Positions 1 through 13,480 of a stretch of DNA of 64,000 nt are shown in pieces. Position 1 is the stretch's first letter, and each line of letters starts with the position of its first letter. This DNA is from Octopus vulgaris (lineage: Eukaryota), in assembly GCA_951406725.2 (NCBI GenBank), contig OX597820.1:121396001-121460000 (forward strand). The letters are read 5' to 3'. A program made the translations under genes and the position numbers. Below the pieces are notes generated by a model. The model was given only the letters and a program-made list of their open reading frames with translations. It had not been told where the DNA came from and did not search any database.

Positions 1-531
1 GAACAGTCAACTGCGTTGGAGAGCATACACATCAAAGTCGTAGTTGAGACAAAGTTAGTTGACTTGGAAGCTATCTGAATATTATAAGAATTACCTGCAT
101 CATGGTGTATCAAATGTTTGGCATCACGATTGCTGCTCAATTCTCTATGAACACTGTAAAAGCTGTAAGATGCGAAAGGGACAGCTACAACAGACACTGG
201 GGAACCGTGACTGGAAGGGAGGGACACAACAAGCGTTCTCACTGCGTCCGCATGTAGATATTCATCCCCAAATCTTTGAACATGGGGATAAGTTCAATTC
301 AGACGGTCATGTGAAGATGTTACTAATTGTGGTCAGCTCATAGTTAGGGAGCTGTCACTGCTGGTTTAATATGTGTGGGGTGTATTTGAGAAAGGCACCA
401 ACAATTCTACCTGTAAAGTCAAGGCCAAGCTGATGACCAAAATCAAACAAATCTTCCTAGAAACACAATAAGGAATGTACGCGCCAGATTCCGGAGCCGA
501 CTTTAGGCCGTCATGGAAGCAGAGGGCGGTT

Positions 532-841
532 GTTTTTTGATTGTTCCTTCTGGAGTCATGCCTGGCTCATAAGGGCCGGTTTCCCGGTTTCTTGGCGTAT
601 AGGTTCCCCACCTGGACGGGACGCCGGTCCGTCGCAGGTGAGCTGCAAGATGCAGGAGGAAAGAATGAGAGAAAGTTGTGGCGAAAGAATCAACAGAAGT
701 TCGCCATTACCGGCAGAAGCCGGAGCCGCGTGGAGCTTAGGTGTTTTGTTCATAAACACACACATTGGCCGGTCTGAGATTCGAACCCGCGATCCCTCGA
801 CCGCGAGTCCGCTGCTCTAATCGCTAGGCCATGTGCTTCCA
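532..841 (-). mobile_element. tRNA-derived SINE, family B (tRNA-Arg-like head)
   Basis: The minus strand starts GGAAGCACATGGCCTAGCGATTAGAGCAGCGGACTCGCGGTCGAGGGATCGCGGGTTCGAATC (A- and B-box-like). It is closely similar to 13481-13791 and flanked by a 12-bp TSD CAGAGGGCGGTT (520-531, 842-853). Confidence 0.9.
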
Positions 842-1242
842 CAGAGGGCGGTTACTCTGAGTAAACTATTATTTCCCAGCCATTATCTAGTGAGTATTTT
901 TTTGTTTTCTAAAATACTCTTCTTTTATTGAGAGGTTGTGTTTTCTTTCCCAATAGGCAAAATGTCGAATTTATCCCGAACCCCCTGTATTTTGTCAGTT
1001 AAGAGCATGCATATTTGGGGTGTGGAATCAGTGTGCATGTGTGTGGATTATGTGTGGATTGTGTGTGGATAATGTGTATAGTGTGGGTGGTGTAGGTGAT
1101 GTTTGATGTGTTAACAGGTAGGCGTAGGAAGTGTTTTTAATGTGTTAACAGGTATGTATGTGGATTTTATTTTTGTGTGTTTTTGGTATATGTGCTTATT
1201 GCTGCTTTGTTGTTCTGGGGAGAGTCAGTTTATTTTTGTGGG

Positions 1243-1530
1243 CTGCGGGGTCACTCCGAAAAGCTTTATCTACGACGATTTCATCTCAATCGAAGGAGAG
1301 GGGCTTTCTCCGTCCGGGTTGGTGATCCGTGGAATAAGCTGCCAGACGAGATAGTGAAGATGCCGACGACCGCTCGGTTCAAAGTATCTCTTGACCAGAA
1401 ATGGCCTGAACTCTTTGCATGACCACCCTCCCTTTACATAACACCGTGCCCCCCTACATGGCCTTGATTTTGCTTTTTGAGCAAAAAAATTAAATTAAAC
1501 TAAATTAATTAAAATTAAAATTAAATTAAT
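1243..1530 (+). mobile_element. 3' end of CR1-group LINE (5'-truncated)
   Basis: Translates LRGHSEKLYLRRFHLNRRRGAFSVRVGDPWNKLPDEIV...FKVSLD, the typical CR1/L2 ORF2 C-terminus (RGH..KL...R..FS.RV...WN.LP). A short 3' UTR and a (TAAAT)n-like tail follow. Confidence 0.8.
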
Positions 1531-2727
1531 TATATTACTGTTGTTGCTATAGTTTAACCCAAACTCAAATTATATCGTTCACTCCGATGATGAAATACCT
1601 CCCAGCCGTGGCAAACCGGTGAAATGTCTACCTAGGATGTGTTAATTTAAGAGCGTTTAAGAATGTGTTATTTTCCCGGAACTTTACTTTCTAACTATTC
1701 CGATAAGTATTGTGATTTTCTTGTATCTAGCTGAAAGGAGGGTGTCTTGTAGATTAGAAAGTCAACAATGAATTATCATTGTATTTTCCTTTGAAATTCT
1801 TCCATTCTAAACCCGCAGGACGTGTCAAGGAATTCACCAGATGGCGTTCATTGACCTGATGATGAAGCATACCAATGATATTCCTGGGATTTCCTCCTCC
1901 CACTTTTCCCGGAAATACTTTATCTCGATCTATATTTTCCAGTGCGTATTTTCTGTTATAAGAAGATAAGGTGTTATTTGATGGAGGCGGAGATTGGCTG
2001 TTATTTCTTGCAGATCGTGGAACTACATTGCAGCTTTATTGCTTATGTGTCTTCACTTTATTCATATATACAATGAAATCTATTTTCTTCTAGGTTTCAG
2101 CCGATACCTGTGACTGTTATATGTTATATGTTTGTCCTTGTGTATCTACGATGAGTTCTGATCGTATCGTTCAAAGGAAATGCTGAGATGGGATTCACAG
2201 ATCTATTGTTCTACTAATAAAACGTCTTCACTTATTCCAGGACGGTTCTGCACATTTTCTCATTTTCTCATACACCGATTTAACTGTGTTGATTGCTGCA
2301 TTGCATATTGCATATATCTTACTGTTTCTATTTTTCAGTATATTTCTGTATAACTGTAGAGTCTGATGCTTCCTGTAATGGAAGCAAGCGAGATGAACCC
2401 AGCGAAAACGCAACGCAATTTTGTGCAATGACGTTTTTAAGGTTTCGTCCATTTCTTGTACTGAATGGCATGTTTGTTTCTTCGATCATTTGGAAATATC
2501 GATCAATATTCACCGACTGAGGAGCATTTTACACATGACGAACCTATCTTCGGTTTTCCTAAATTGTTTTCAGATCCGAATTTCAAGTATATTCATGCAT
2601 TTCGCAGACATTATGGAGAAAAGGTATTGGTCATTCACCTGAACAACAGAAATGATAAAACAATGAAATCAGTTTAAACAAATAATTAAAGAGGTCAACC
2701 GGATAAAAAAAAAAATCCATAGATATA

Positions 2728-3085
2728 GGCACGGGCGTGGCTCTATGGTATAGAGCTTGCTTCCCAAGCACATGGCTTCGGGTTCACTCCCATTACGTGG
2801 CACCATGAGCAAGTGTCTTCTGTTATAGCCTCAGGCCGACAAAAACCCTATGATAGTATCTGGTAAACGGAGACTCCAAAAAGATCGTCGTGTATGCGTG
2901 TATATGTGTGATTCTGTGTGTGTGTGTTTGTGTGTGTGTGTCGTGTGTTTGTCCCCCACTATCGCTTGATGACCGATGTTAATGTGTTTCCGTCCCCATA
3001 ATTTAGCGAGTCGGCAAAAGATATCTATAGAATAAGCACCAGGCTTTAGAAATAAAAGTAATTACAGGTGTCGCTTCATTCGTTT
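2728..3085 (+). mobile_element. tRNA-derived SINE, family A (CORE-like), diverged copy
   Basis: Diverged match to the family A consensus (GGTTCACTCCCA..GTGGCACCATGAGCAAGTGTCTTC), with the internal (TG)n. Confidence 0.75.
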
Positions 3086-3086
3086 A

Positions 3087-3554
3087 AGGTCAACCTCGGC
3101 AGAATTTGAACTCAGAACGTAACGACAGACGAAATACCTATTTCTTTACTACCCACGAGGGGCTAAACACAGAGAGGACAAACAAAGACAGACAAACGGA
3201 TTAAGTCGATTATATTGACCCCAGTGCGTAACTGGTACTTAATTTATCGACTCCGAAAGGATGAAAGGCAGAGTCGACCTCGGCAGAATTTGAACTCAGG
3301 ACGTAACGACAGACGAAATACCTATTTCTTTACTACCCACAAGGGGCTAAACACAGAGAAGACAAACAAGAACAGACAAACGGATTAAGTCCATTATATT
3401 GACCTCAGTGCGTAACTGGTACTTAATTCATCGACCCCGAAAGGATGAAAGGCAAAGTCGACCTCGGCGTAATTTGAACTCAGAACGTAACGACAGACGA
3501 AATACGGCTAAGCATTTAGCCCAGCGTGCTACCGTTTCAGCCAGCTCGCCGCCT
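3087..3554 (-). mobile_element. SINE family C: one full copy plus tandem 5'-truncated 184-bp units
   Basis: The head AAGGCGGCGAGCTGGC is at the right end on the minus strand. GAAATAC recurs at 3131, 3315 and 3499. The central CTTTCATCCTTTCGGGGTCGAT..AAGTACCAG resembles the Meta/Sauria-type SINE central domain. Confidence 0.85.
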
Positions 3555-4559
3555 TTGTAGTGGTGACTATTGGCAGATTATAAGTATGAGGATCAATAAC
3601 GTCGTTCTACGCAGTCATTACATATACTGGTATGCGTGACTGCCTCTCGCTTTTCCCTCTGTTCTCTCCTTCCTCTCTCTCTCCCCTCTCTCTCCTCTTC
3701 TCTCCCCCTTCCTTCATCTCTCTCCCTCCCTCACTCACTCCACCCTCCCTCTCCCTCTTTCTACCTTTATTCCTCCAATAAACCATCACGTATCATGCTC
3801 CGTTTGCTTTTTTGTTTCTTTTTTCCCTTGTTTTTTCTTCCATTTTCAGATGTTTCGGTCTGCATTGAATTCTTAATTGTTGCTGTGGTTGTTTCTGGTG
3901 TCTTTCTTTGTTTTGCTGATGTTAACATAGTTAATGGCGTCAGCATTTCATTTAGAAATACTGCAATTAAATTGACAATGCAAGCTGAAATTCTCCTTAA
4001 TTAACGGCAATCACCTAAACCCCGTCAGTTGCACCTACAATTATCCCTTGCAAACATGCCTCAGCCGAAAGCTGAAGGATATACGAAAGCTTCTAAAGCT
4101 GCCAACCTTGCAGAATTGGCTGCCTGTCATTTCGCACACTGCTAAATATCTAAATCACTTGTTTAATCAAGATTTATCCCAAATATAAACATCATAAGTA
4201 TAATACAAAAATGCTAAAAAACAATAAATAGCAACGGCTTGATCAATGATTTTCAGCTGATGGATCTTGGACGAAGAGAGACCATTGAAAAATCTTCTGT
4301 CACATGTTAAACTGGTATGAAACATTAACGTTTCTAACTGTGTGTTCATGGAGTTGATTATTTAAATTTTTCCCATTAAGTTACATTATTTGATGTTTAA
4401 TTTAATTTGTTCTCTTAAAATTTTGGGTTAATTTCATTGATTTTATCCTCAGGTGGTTTGTGAAAATATTCAGTCAATCGAAGTGGTCTGCGATAGGAAA
4501 CCAGTTGAGAACTAATGAGGAAAACAACCACCGAAGGAATTAGTATACGGTCAGAGGAT

Positions 4560-4740
4560 CTGATCTGCTAGACATAGCAACCAAAGTCCTTCAAAATCAT
4601 TCTGACTGCTTAAAAGAAAATGAAAGTGTATTTTGCAATGTGTAATCGTTGATAAACCAAATGTGTTGATGGTCACTAGTGGAACGCTTTGATTTTAGTT
4701 CAGCTCGATTTGGGTGTTTGGTGGCTTAAACAACAACAAC
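4560..4740 (+). repeat. ancient dispersed repeat (SINE-like, CTAGA.ATAGCA.CCAAA ... TAAACAACAAC tail)
   Basis: The same motif order occurs at 14198-14380, with fragments near 1550-2030, 14770-14920, 35760, 43065-43140 and 60415. All copies are highly diverged. Confidence 0.5.
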
Positions 4741-5311
4741 ATTTACAATAAAAACAAAAAAAGGAGATTGGACATTAATGAAGGTCAGGTGTAAATTGGA
4801 ATGATATTTTAAAATGAGGAAGGAGAGGAAGAAAGAAAAACTAGAAAGAATGAACGAACGAGCAAAAGAGTGACTGAGAGGATGGAAGAAGAAAGGAATG
4901 AGTGAGTGAAATGAAGAACGTAAGGAAGAAAAAAAAAACAGAGGTTAAACGAAAGAATGAAAATACGAAAATGATGAAGAAAGGAAAGTAATTGAAGTCA
5001 AGAACGAAAGAAAAAACAAAGAATAAACAATTGGAAGAAGGAAAGAGAAAGAAAGAAAGAAAGGAAGGAAGGAAGGAAGGAAGTCAGAAAAAATAGATAG
5101 CAAAAGAAAGAAGAAAAGAAATAAGTAAGGAAAGAAAAGAAGAAAATCTGGACGATTTGAGATTCTTCAAGGAGTTGCAATTAAGACAGCAACAACCATT
5201 GCATCATCATCATCATCATCCTAATCATGATCATCATCATCAGCGGTAGCAGCAGCAGCAGCAGTAGCAGCAGAGAGAACAGCAGCAGTCATTTATTATA
5301 CGCCAAACTCA

Positions 5312-5770
5312 AACCACCACCGCCTCTACCACCACCACCGCTACCACCACCACCACCGCTACCACCACCACCGCTACCACCACCGCTACCACCACCACCG
5401 CTACCACCACTAGCGCAACCACCACCACCGCTCCTACCACCACCGCTACTACCACCACCGCTACCACCACCACCGCTACTACCACCACCGCTACCACCAC
5501 CACCGCTACTACCACCACCGCTACGACCACCACCGCAACTACCACCACGGCTACCACCACCACCGCTACCACCACCACCGCTACCACACCACCACCGCTA
5601 CCACCACTAGCGCTACCACCACCACCACTGCTACTACCACCACCGCTACCACCACCACCGCTACCACAACCACCACCGCAACTACCACCACCGCTACTAC
5701 CACCACCGCTACGACCACCACCGCTACCACCACCACCGCTACCACCACCACCGCTACTACCACCACTACC
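5312..5770. repeat. (ACC)n-derived minisatellite with ACCGCT interruptions
   Basis: Units of 12-18 bp such as CTACCACCACCACCG; these produce the spurious poly-P and poly-V ORFs. Confidence 0.95.
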
Positions 5771-6857
5771 AGGAGAGCAACAACAACAACAACAGCAGCA
5801 ACGTCACAACTTCTCTTGTTATTACAATAGACCTTACCATCATTAACAATAATAACAATAACAAGAGAACCGCTTTTCGCGAGCGTCTCCTCCTCCTCCT
5901 CCCCTTCCTCCTCCTCCTCTCCTTCCTCCTCCTCCAACACATTCATCCACTCCCACCCTCTGCCCTCCACTCTACCACATTCATTATGGCTGATCAGTAT
6001 TACATCATCATTAAAAGAGACTCTTCTGCTGCTAATGAGCACATTAAGGTCTCTCAGGAATTCCAACATTCCAATGAACTCTTCCATGCTGGAGCTTTCT
6101 TTCTACACACGCAAATGTGTGAAGCAGCTGTGTGCGTGTGTCTATGTGTGTGTGTGTGCGTGTGAGAGAGAGAGAGAGAGTTTGTTTCTGTATGTGTTTG
6201 CGTGTGTTTGTGTTTCTGTTTTTGTTGTCTAAGCTTAACTCTGCGTTCCGTATGCGTGGATGTGTGTGTGTGTATGTGCGTGTGAGTGAGTGTGCGTGCG
6301 TATAATTACATGCATCTAAGTATGTGTATAGAATATATATGCATATGTGTGCTCGTGCATGCGTGTGTGCGCACGCGTGCTTGCATATCTCAGTGTGTGT
6401 AAGGGCGCGTGCGCGTATGTGTCTGCGCGAACGCATTACGTAAGTATGCGTGTATAATGCGTTTATAATGACAACGCAAGCGTTGTTTCACCTCAACTAT
6501 AAATTCAGAAATGTTATTTTTAAAATATCGAATTTATTCACACCTTATCAGTTATTGTAAAGGACTGCGTATACGGAAAACTCGTTCATATACATACGTA
6601 CAGACACACGTACATACTTTCATACATATACAAGCACTGATGCGTACATACATTCATACATATTTATATGCATAGACACACGGTCGTGAACAGTCGCACA
6701 CGCATGGCGGCATACAATGGGATACGTAATACATCATGTTTTGTAAATATTCTACGGAGGAAACAAAAGAGGACAGAAACAGGCAATTCAAGAAGAGTTT
6801 CTTTTGCTTCTAAACCATACAAAAGACTTAAAGAGAAATGAGTTGTTGACATAACAA

Positions 6858-7266
6858 CACAGGAGTGGCTGTGTGGTAAGTAGCTTGTTTACCAACCACG
6901 TGGTTCCGGGTTCAGTCCCACTGCGTGGCACCTTGAGCAAGTGTCTTCTACTATAGCTTCGGGCCGACCAAAGCCTTGTGAGTGGATTTGGTAGATGGAA
7001 ACCGAAAGAAGCCCGTCGTATATATGTATACATATATGTATGTGTGTGTATATGTTTGTGTGTCTGTGTTTGTCCCCCCAGCATTGCTTGACAACCGATG
7101 CTGGTGTGTTTATGTCGACGTTACTTAGCGGTTCGGCAAAAGAGACCGATAGAATAAGTACTAGGCTTCCAAAGAATAAGTCCTGGGGTCGATTTGCTCG
7201 ACTAAAGGCGGTGCTCCAGCATGGCCACAGTCAATTGACTGAAGCAAGTAAAAGAGTAAAAAAGTG
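6858..7266 (+). mobile_element. SINE family A, full length
   Basis: CAGGAGTGGCTGTGTGGTAAG head, GGTTCAGTCCC B-box-like motif, CORE-like CCTTGAGCAAGT, internal (TA/TG)n and AAAAGAGT tail. Confidence 0.9.
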
Positions 7267-7468
7267 TATAAGAATATTAAGAAGCGAAATTGCATTTTCG
7301 ATGAGAATATGAGAACGAAGAGGATGTGGCTTTTCAGTGAAGCAGTTTCTGAAATTCAAGAGAAAAAGGGGGCTAATTTTGAGGCACGGCATTGTGTCAC
7401 CACAGATATGACTACGAGTTGCGGAATTTCCCGTACCCTCGGCTTGACATATACAAGCATACATATTC

Positions 7469-7818
7469 ACATACTTTATGTATAGGACGGGCTTCAAGAG
7501 TTTCCTTGTGCTGGCTGCAAGTGACACTAATCGCGCGGCACTATAGGCAGAAACACTTGCCCATAGTGCCGCTGTACAGCGGGTTGTGTCAGCAACATAA
7601 TCTGTTCGTCGTATAAGCGATTGAATAACCAAGAAAACCTGTGACATACTTTATGTATAGGACTGTCTTCAAGTGTTTCCCTGTGTTGGCTGCAAGTGTC
7701 ACTAATCGCGCGGCACTATAGGCAGAAACACGTTCCCATAGTGCCGCCGTACAGCGGGTTGTGTCAGCAACGTAATCTGTTTGTCGTATAAGCGACTGAA
7801 TAACCAAGAAAACCTGTG
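7469..7818. repeat. tandem duplication of a 175-bp unit with a strong GC hairpin
   Basis: Units start ACATACTTTATG at 7469 and 7644. Each contains GCGGCACTAT...ATAGTGCCGC. Confidence 0.9.
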
Positions 7819-8143
7819 TGTGGTGGTGGTAGGAAACAGAGTAGATAAAGACAAGTAAACATAAAAAGACGAAGTCTGTTGACCGAACGGTGTAAAGGAT
7901 GAGTCGGGAGGAGAACGTGGACGATAAAAGACAGAATGCTAAAGGACAGAGACAGAGGTAAGCGAGAGCAGAAGGTCCAAATATACATAAACGTCACAGA
8001 ATGATATTTGTAAATAGCTTTTTGGTTATGCAACAGAAGGAAGAAAAATAAGATGGTGGTCTTTTACGAGTAAGAAACATTGTAAAAATCAAGATGATAT
8101 ATAAGAGGCGGGAGATGAGATTTAAGTAGCTGTTGTTATTTAA

Positions 8144-8537
8144 CTTGTACTTGTTCCAGCCATTAGACAACGGCCATGCTGGGGCAGCGACTTGAATTTT
8201 TGGCCGAATGACTTTAACCAGTAGTTACTTTTATATAAAACTGGTACTTATTCCATCGGTTTTGTTTTTCCGAATTGCTAAGTCATGTGGACGTAAATGC
8301 AGTAACACTGGATGTCAAGCGATCTTGCGGAACAAACACACACACACACACACATACACACACACATTACGACGGGCTTCTTTCAGTTTCCGTCTACCAA
8401 ATCCACTCACAAGGCTATGGTCGGTCCGAGACTATAGTAGAAAATAATTGCCCAAGTTGCCACGCAGCGGGACTGATCCCGGAAACATGTGGTTGAGAGG
8501 GAAGCTTCTCACCTCAAAATCACGCACACCTATGCCT
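8144..8537 (-). mobile_element. SINE family A, diverged
   Basis: Reverse-complement match to family A, including GACGGGCTTCTTTCAGTTTCCGTCTACCAAATCC. Confidence 0.8.
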
Positions 8538-9686
8538 GCGTATGTATATATGTATGTGTGTGTGTGTGTATGTGTGCATGCGTGTGTGCGTGTGAGTGTG
8601 AGTGTGTGCGCGTGTGTGTAATATTTCGTTCATGCGATGGGGATAATAATAATTTTGTTTATTGCCCACAAGGGGCTGAACATAGAGGGAACAAACAATG
8701 ACAGACAAACAGATATAGTCGATTACATCGACCCCAATGCGTAACTGGTACTTAATTTATCGACATAATGTATAATTCTTTCTCTCTCTTTCTTTCTCTT
8801 TCTCTCTCTGTCGCTCTCTCTTCTCTCACCACACACACACACACACACGTTATTATAAAGGTAATAACGCACACATACACACACATACATACATACACAC
8901 ACACTCACAAATGCAGGTGTGTGTGTGTGCGTAAAATTACTAATGTACAGAACCCTGGATTTTCATAATGATTCGCGGATTCCACTGGTATGGGTCTTGT
9001 TTATATAATAACTCTAATGCCTAATTAAATTGACTTAATTACCGTTTTATTGTATAATTTATAAAGAACAAAACACCATACTTAAAATTTCGTAGGCATT
9101 CCGGTATCCGTGATTGTCTCCAATGTGATCCGTCTCTAATAATGGCTTGCCGACAGCAGGAAGAATAAGAGTGAGGGTCAGTGTCAAAGGATTGAAGAGC
9201 AGCCAATATGCTGTTAGAGGATGTAAATATCGAAAACTAAACAAGAGTAGTTGCAGGAGATAACAGCCATAAATGTTTTATACTTCGTTTGAAATTTGCT
9301 TTTCCTTTCACTGCAAAGGAATTACTAAATTATTAACAATGAGAAGAGATTAACAAATTAAAGATGTATGCCCTGTTAATAAGCACATCATATTTGCAAT
9401 ACTTGGATCGTAGTGTTGAGTGGAAGGAAAAGTCTCTCGTGTATATTTGTAAAGTGTTTTTCTTCTTGTTTTCATTATATTGTTTCATGAAACAAAAGGG
9501 AAGAAACTGAATAAGAAAAGCAACGGAGATTAACAGAGGAAAGAAAAGGGAGCCACAGAGAAAAAGACAAATTGGATAAAAATGAAATTACAACCGTTTT
9601 ATGGACGCCATATTTTCTGTTATTACTTATGGTAGCAAAAATATACTACCCGAGTTACCAATTATATGACGGCCAACATTCTACTC

Positions 9687-9837
9687 TGTGTGTGTGTGTG
9701 CGTGTGTGCGTGTGTGTGTTCGTGTGTGTGTGTGTGTGTGTGTGTGCGTGCGTGTGTGTGTGTTGTCTTCGTGTGTGTGTGTTAGTGTGTATGTGTGTGT
9801 GTGTGCGTGTGTGCGTGTGTGTGCGTGTGTGTGTGTG

Positions 9838-9882
<45 letters not shown>

Positions 9883-9920
9883 CTGTGTGTGTTCGTGTGT
9901 GTGTGTGTATGTGTATGTGT
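9687..9920. repeat. (TG)n microsatellite
   Basis: Direct inspection. Confidence 0.95.
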
Positions 9921-9929
9921 AACTGGCTA

Positions 9930-10231
9930 CTCATCGATTTTGTTGCTGCATCGTTCAGCTCAATCAACGCAGTTACCTGCCCCTGAATTAATAAGTAAGT
10001 GACTGAGTACTCCGCAGAGCTATGAATCCTTGACCAAACAATACTTACTCAGACACAATCAGCATGACACAGCGTGACAGAAGGCTGTACCTTTCAATTC
10101 CGGGTACAAACCACTCGAGAGGCTTCAGTATAGTTTCTAACCACCCAAATACATTCCAAATATATGTTTTTCCCTGAGGCTTGATTTCAGGCAATAGGAT
10201 CGAAACCAGAAACTCGTGGTTGATAAGCGAA
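9930..10231 (-). mobile_element. SINE family B2, diverged
   Basis: Similar to 31014-31400 (GACTGAGTACTCC, CAGCATGACACAG, GGATCGAAACC). Confidence 0.55.
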
Positions 10232-12605
10232 CTTCTAAGCCATTGAGCCATATAACGTTTGTATATACCTGCCTTGCTACCTACCTGTCTGCATACGTAC
10301 ATACACACACATATTCATAAATACATGTATGTATGTATATACGTATATGTTAACACGCATAGACACATACGTACGTACTTATATACATATATACATAATA
10401 TATATATATATATATACATATATACAAACATATTTACATATATATATATATATATATATATATGCTTACTTACACTCATGCGTTCCTAGATGTGAATGTT
10501 TCGACATTGACGTCTACGTTTTCGAGCGTTTTAATCAGTTAATTAATCAAGCCTCTCAGTCGAATATCTAGAAGTCTATTCAAGAAAGATAATTAATTAT
10601 GTATCGCTATCTTTAACTAAACATCTTTTATTTATTTATTTAGTTTTTGTGTGAAAATGTGTTGACATATTTCTAATGATTACAATGAAACACGAAATAT
10701 TAGCACAGAAAACTGTTCTGTCACAAAGACACTAGCATAGAAATTAATACAGCTATTATCACTAATAACATTTTAAGAATTCACCTAAATCAAATTTCGT
10801 ATTGATCGAAATGGAAATGTAATAAGTAGTAGACAAAATTGAAAATTGTATTAAATTCTTTTTACCAAAATAAAGTGACTCTCACAGCCAGCTGATACGA
10901 ATTTGTAATCGGCTAATTAAACTTGGAAATATATAATAAACACTCGGTTTATCTTTTGTGAAAATAATCATGATTGTGAAATAAATTACACGTGATCGAG
11001 ACAATTAATGAAAAACTTTTATGTATTTATGTATGTGTGAGTGTGCGTGTATATACATATGTGAGTGTATGTATATATAAGCACATGCATACACACGCAC
11101 ATGATATTTCAATACGTTAGAATGAAATCATTCCTACAGAGGAGTCTAGGAAAATCTGTTAAATATATTTGAGTAAGTTTATGTTTGTGTGTTTGTGTGC
11201 TTGTCTAATTTCCTCCACTTTTCCCTCGTCTTTTGTTTGTTGCTATTGCTAAATACTTTGCTGTCACCACAACGCTGAATAACTGTCATTTTCTGCTATT
11301 CTGCACCTTTTCTTACTTCGCATTCGAAACTTTGCTTCTTCTAGACGCTCTTGCACCCATACGTACAAAAACAAACACACACACACCCATACAAATGCGC
11401 ACACTCTCTCTCTTTCTTGCTCTTTATCTCTCTCTTTTTGTTTTAATGTCTTTACTTCCTCTTCCTATTCTCGTCTCATCTCCTTTCTAAGTCAGTGCCA
11501 CCACCCCACTATCTCTCACACGGCTCTCCTTCTTTGTTCCTTGTCCTGACCATTATTTTAAAATTCATCCTTAATATAAGAGAGAATTTGAATTTTGTTG
11601 GAGCTAGTTTTCAGTTAGTCACAACAATTGCAGTTTCTTCATTTTATTAACCAGTCGCACATTAAGGAAAAATGCGATTGTAAAATAAAAAGCAAAGGAG
11701 AAAATGCAATTTTAAATATCTTTGCTGTTGCTCGACCAAAAAGAAAGGAACGAAGTTTTGCAAACGAGTCAAGGTTTGCAAGAAGATAAGGAAATGTGAA
11801 TATAATGGAGAGAGCGACAGAGAAGAGGAACCGAAGAATAGGAAACAATATCAAAGATAGAAAGAGATTGTTCTTGCAAAGAACTGTTTGCATTGGAGTC
11901 TGATCTCACGATGGAATTTCAGTTATTAATTGGTGAGAACAAAAAGTTCTTTGGAGATGGTGCACATTCTTTGATTGCTTCCACAGAATACAATGAAGCT
12001 GTTGTCCTCATGAGTAATCTGGGCAAAGAAACATCACTGCAAATTGCAAAAACAGTGTGAAAGATATTAATCTGACAGTTCAATGCATGGTTTTCTGGAA
12101 TTTTGTTTTCCAGCATCATTAATAAATGTTACTCTAAGATTCAGTTTGGTAATATGCAAATAAACTCTACTATCCAGTATCGGTCGACATTAAGACCATG
12201 CTCAGATGTCCAAGAGCATCGAAAATAAGGTCAACCCAAGCTTCACTTCATTGAACCTAATAAAAGATCTTCAGAGTTTAACAAGATATAATGCAATATT
12301 TTTATCGTTTCATGGTTTTATATGACCAAGTAATTTGGATGTGGCACTCGATCGATCCTGGATGCGCTTCCAGGACCGGGAGGTGCTTGGTGGGGTTCTT
12401 GAGCAAAAGGCTCAATTTCACGCTGCACTTTGCTGTAAATGGATAACCCTGCAATGGAATATTTTTCCGATCAAGGGGGGCGGGACCATCGCCCATCTTG
12501 CCTACTCAGTGAAGGTGGCATCAGACGAAAGCGAAAAACACGAAGCGAAGTGTATTGTGACCAGTGTGGTATAACAAAACATAATAGTCTGGTCAATACT
12601 GATAG

Positions 12606-12639
<34 letters not shown>

Positions 12640-12772
12640 AATAGAAAAGGGTGGCTTATTAGCAATTAAAGGCAAAATTAACAGAGGTCACAAACCCAAC
12701 AGAGGGTACTGACTAGCAACGCTTTTGCTAAAGATAAGAGTTAAATTAACTCAAAATCACAAACACACTGTC

Positions 12773-12861
<89 letters not shown>

Positions 12862-13480
12862 GTGTGTGTGTATGTGCACGCGCGCGTTTGTGTGTAAAGT
12901 ATTGCGGTTCCAGTATTTGGACGCATGGGTTTTCTCAGATCAATCCTGTTTTCATTCGCCATCAAAATGGTTTTAATTCCATCTGTAGTTGGTTCACCTC
13001 CCGACACTCTTGTTTCAAATTACTTCAGGAATTAAAGAATTGCACAAATAAAGGATCTAATATTAAGTCGAATAATAGGTTGAAATGAAATAAAACTGGC
13101 TTTACTCTCAGCTAATCCCCTTTTGTTATTTAAAAAGCTTTAATTTACACAATAAAATTACAAATTGAATTTACATAATTAAATTACAAAATAATACTGA
13201 GCCGAAATGTGCAGTCGAGTGCATTAGCCACAATAATGCAAGAGAGTGCATTAGCCACTAAACTGCAGCAGAATGCATTAGCCACTGAATTTCCACGAAC
13301 ACAGAGGAAAACCATTTCATTTCTGATATGATAAACACATTTTCCAGAGAAGCTATTAGGCTTCCATAACATGAAAAATGTCTTCATTTCGATCAGCTGT
13401 GGCTCGAGTGACAGATAATTGAAAATCTAGGAAAGTCCGGGTATTGTACGAGAACTGAATAAAACCATATTTAGAATTTT

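Noticed and set aside
59-480. Possible LINE endonuclease remnant or 94-aa ORF
   Set aside because: Motifs are too decayed to support a call.
2270-2705. Possible Tc1/mariner remnant
   Set aside because: No diagnostic catalytic motif or TIR pair could be identified.
3087-3554. CRISPR-like regularly spaced repeats
   Set aside because: Whole 184-bp units are repeated with no unique spacers; this is a eukaryotic SINE.
11860-12120. Non-repetitive stretch with short open frames on both strands
   Set aside because: No recognisable domain and no consistent splice signals.
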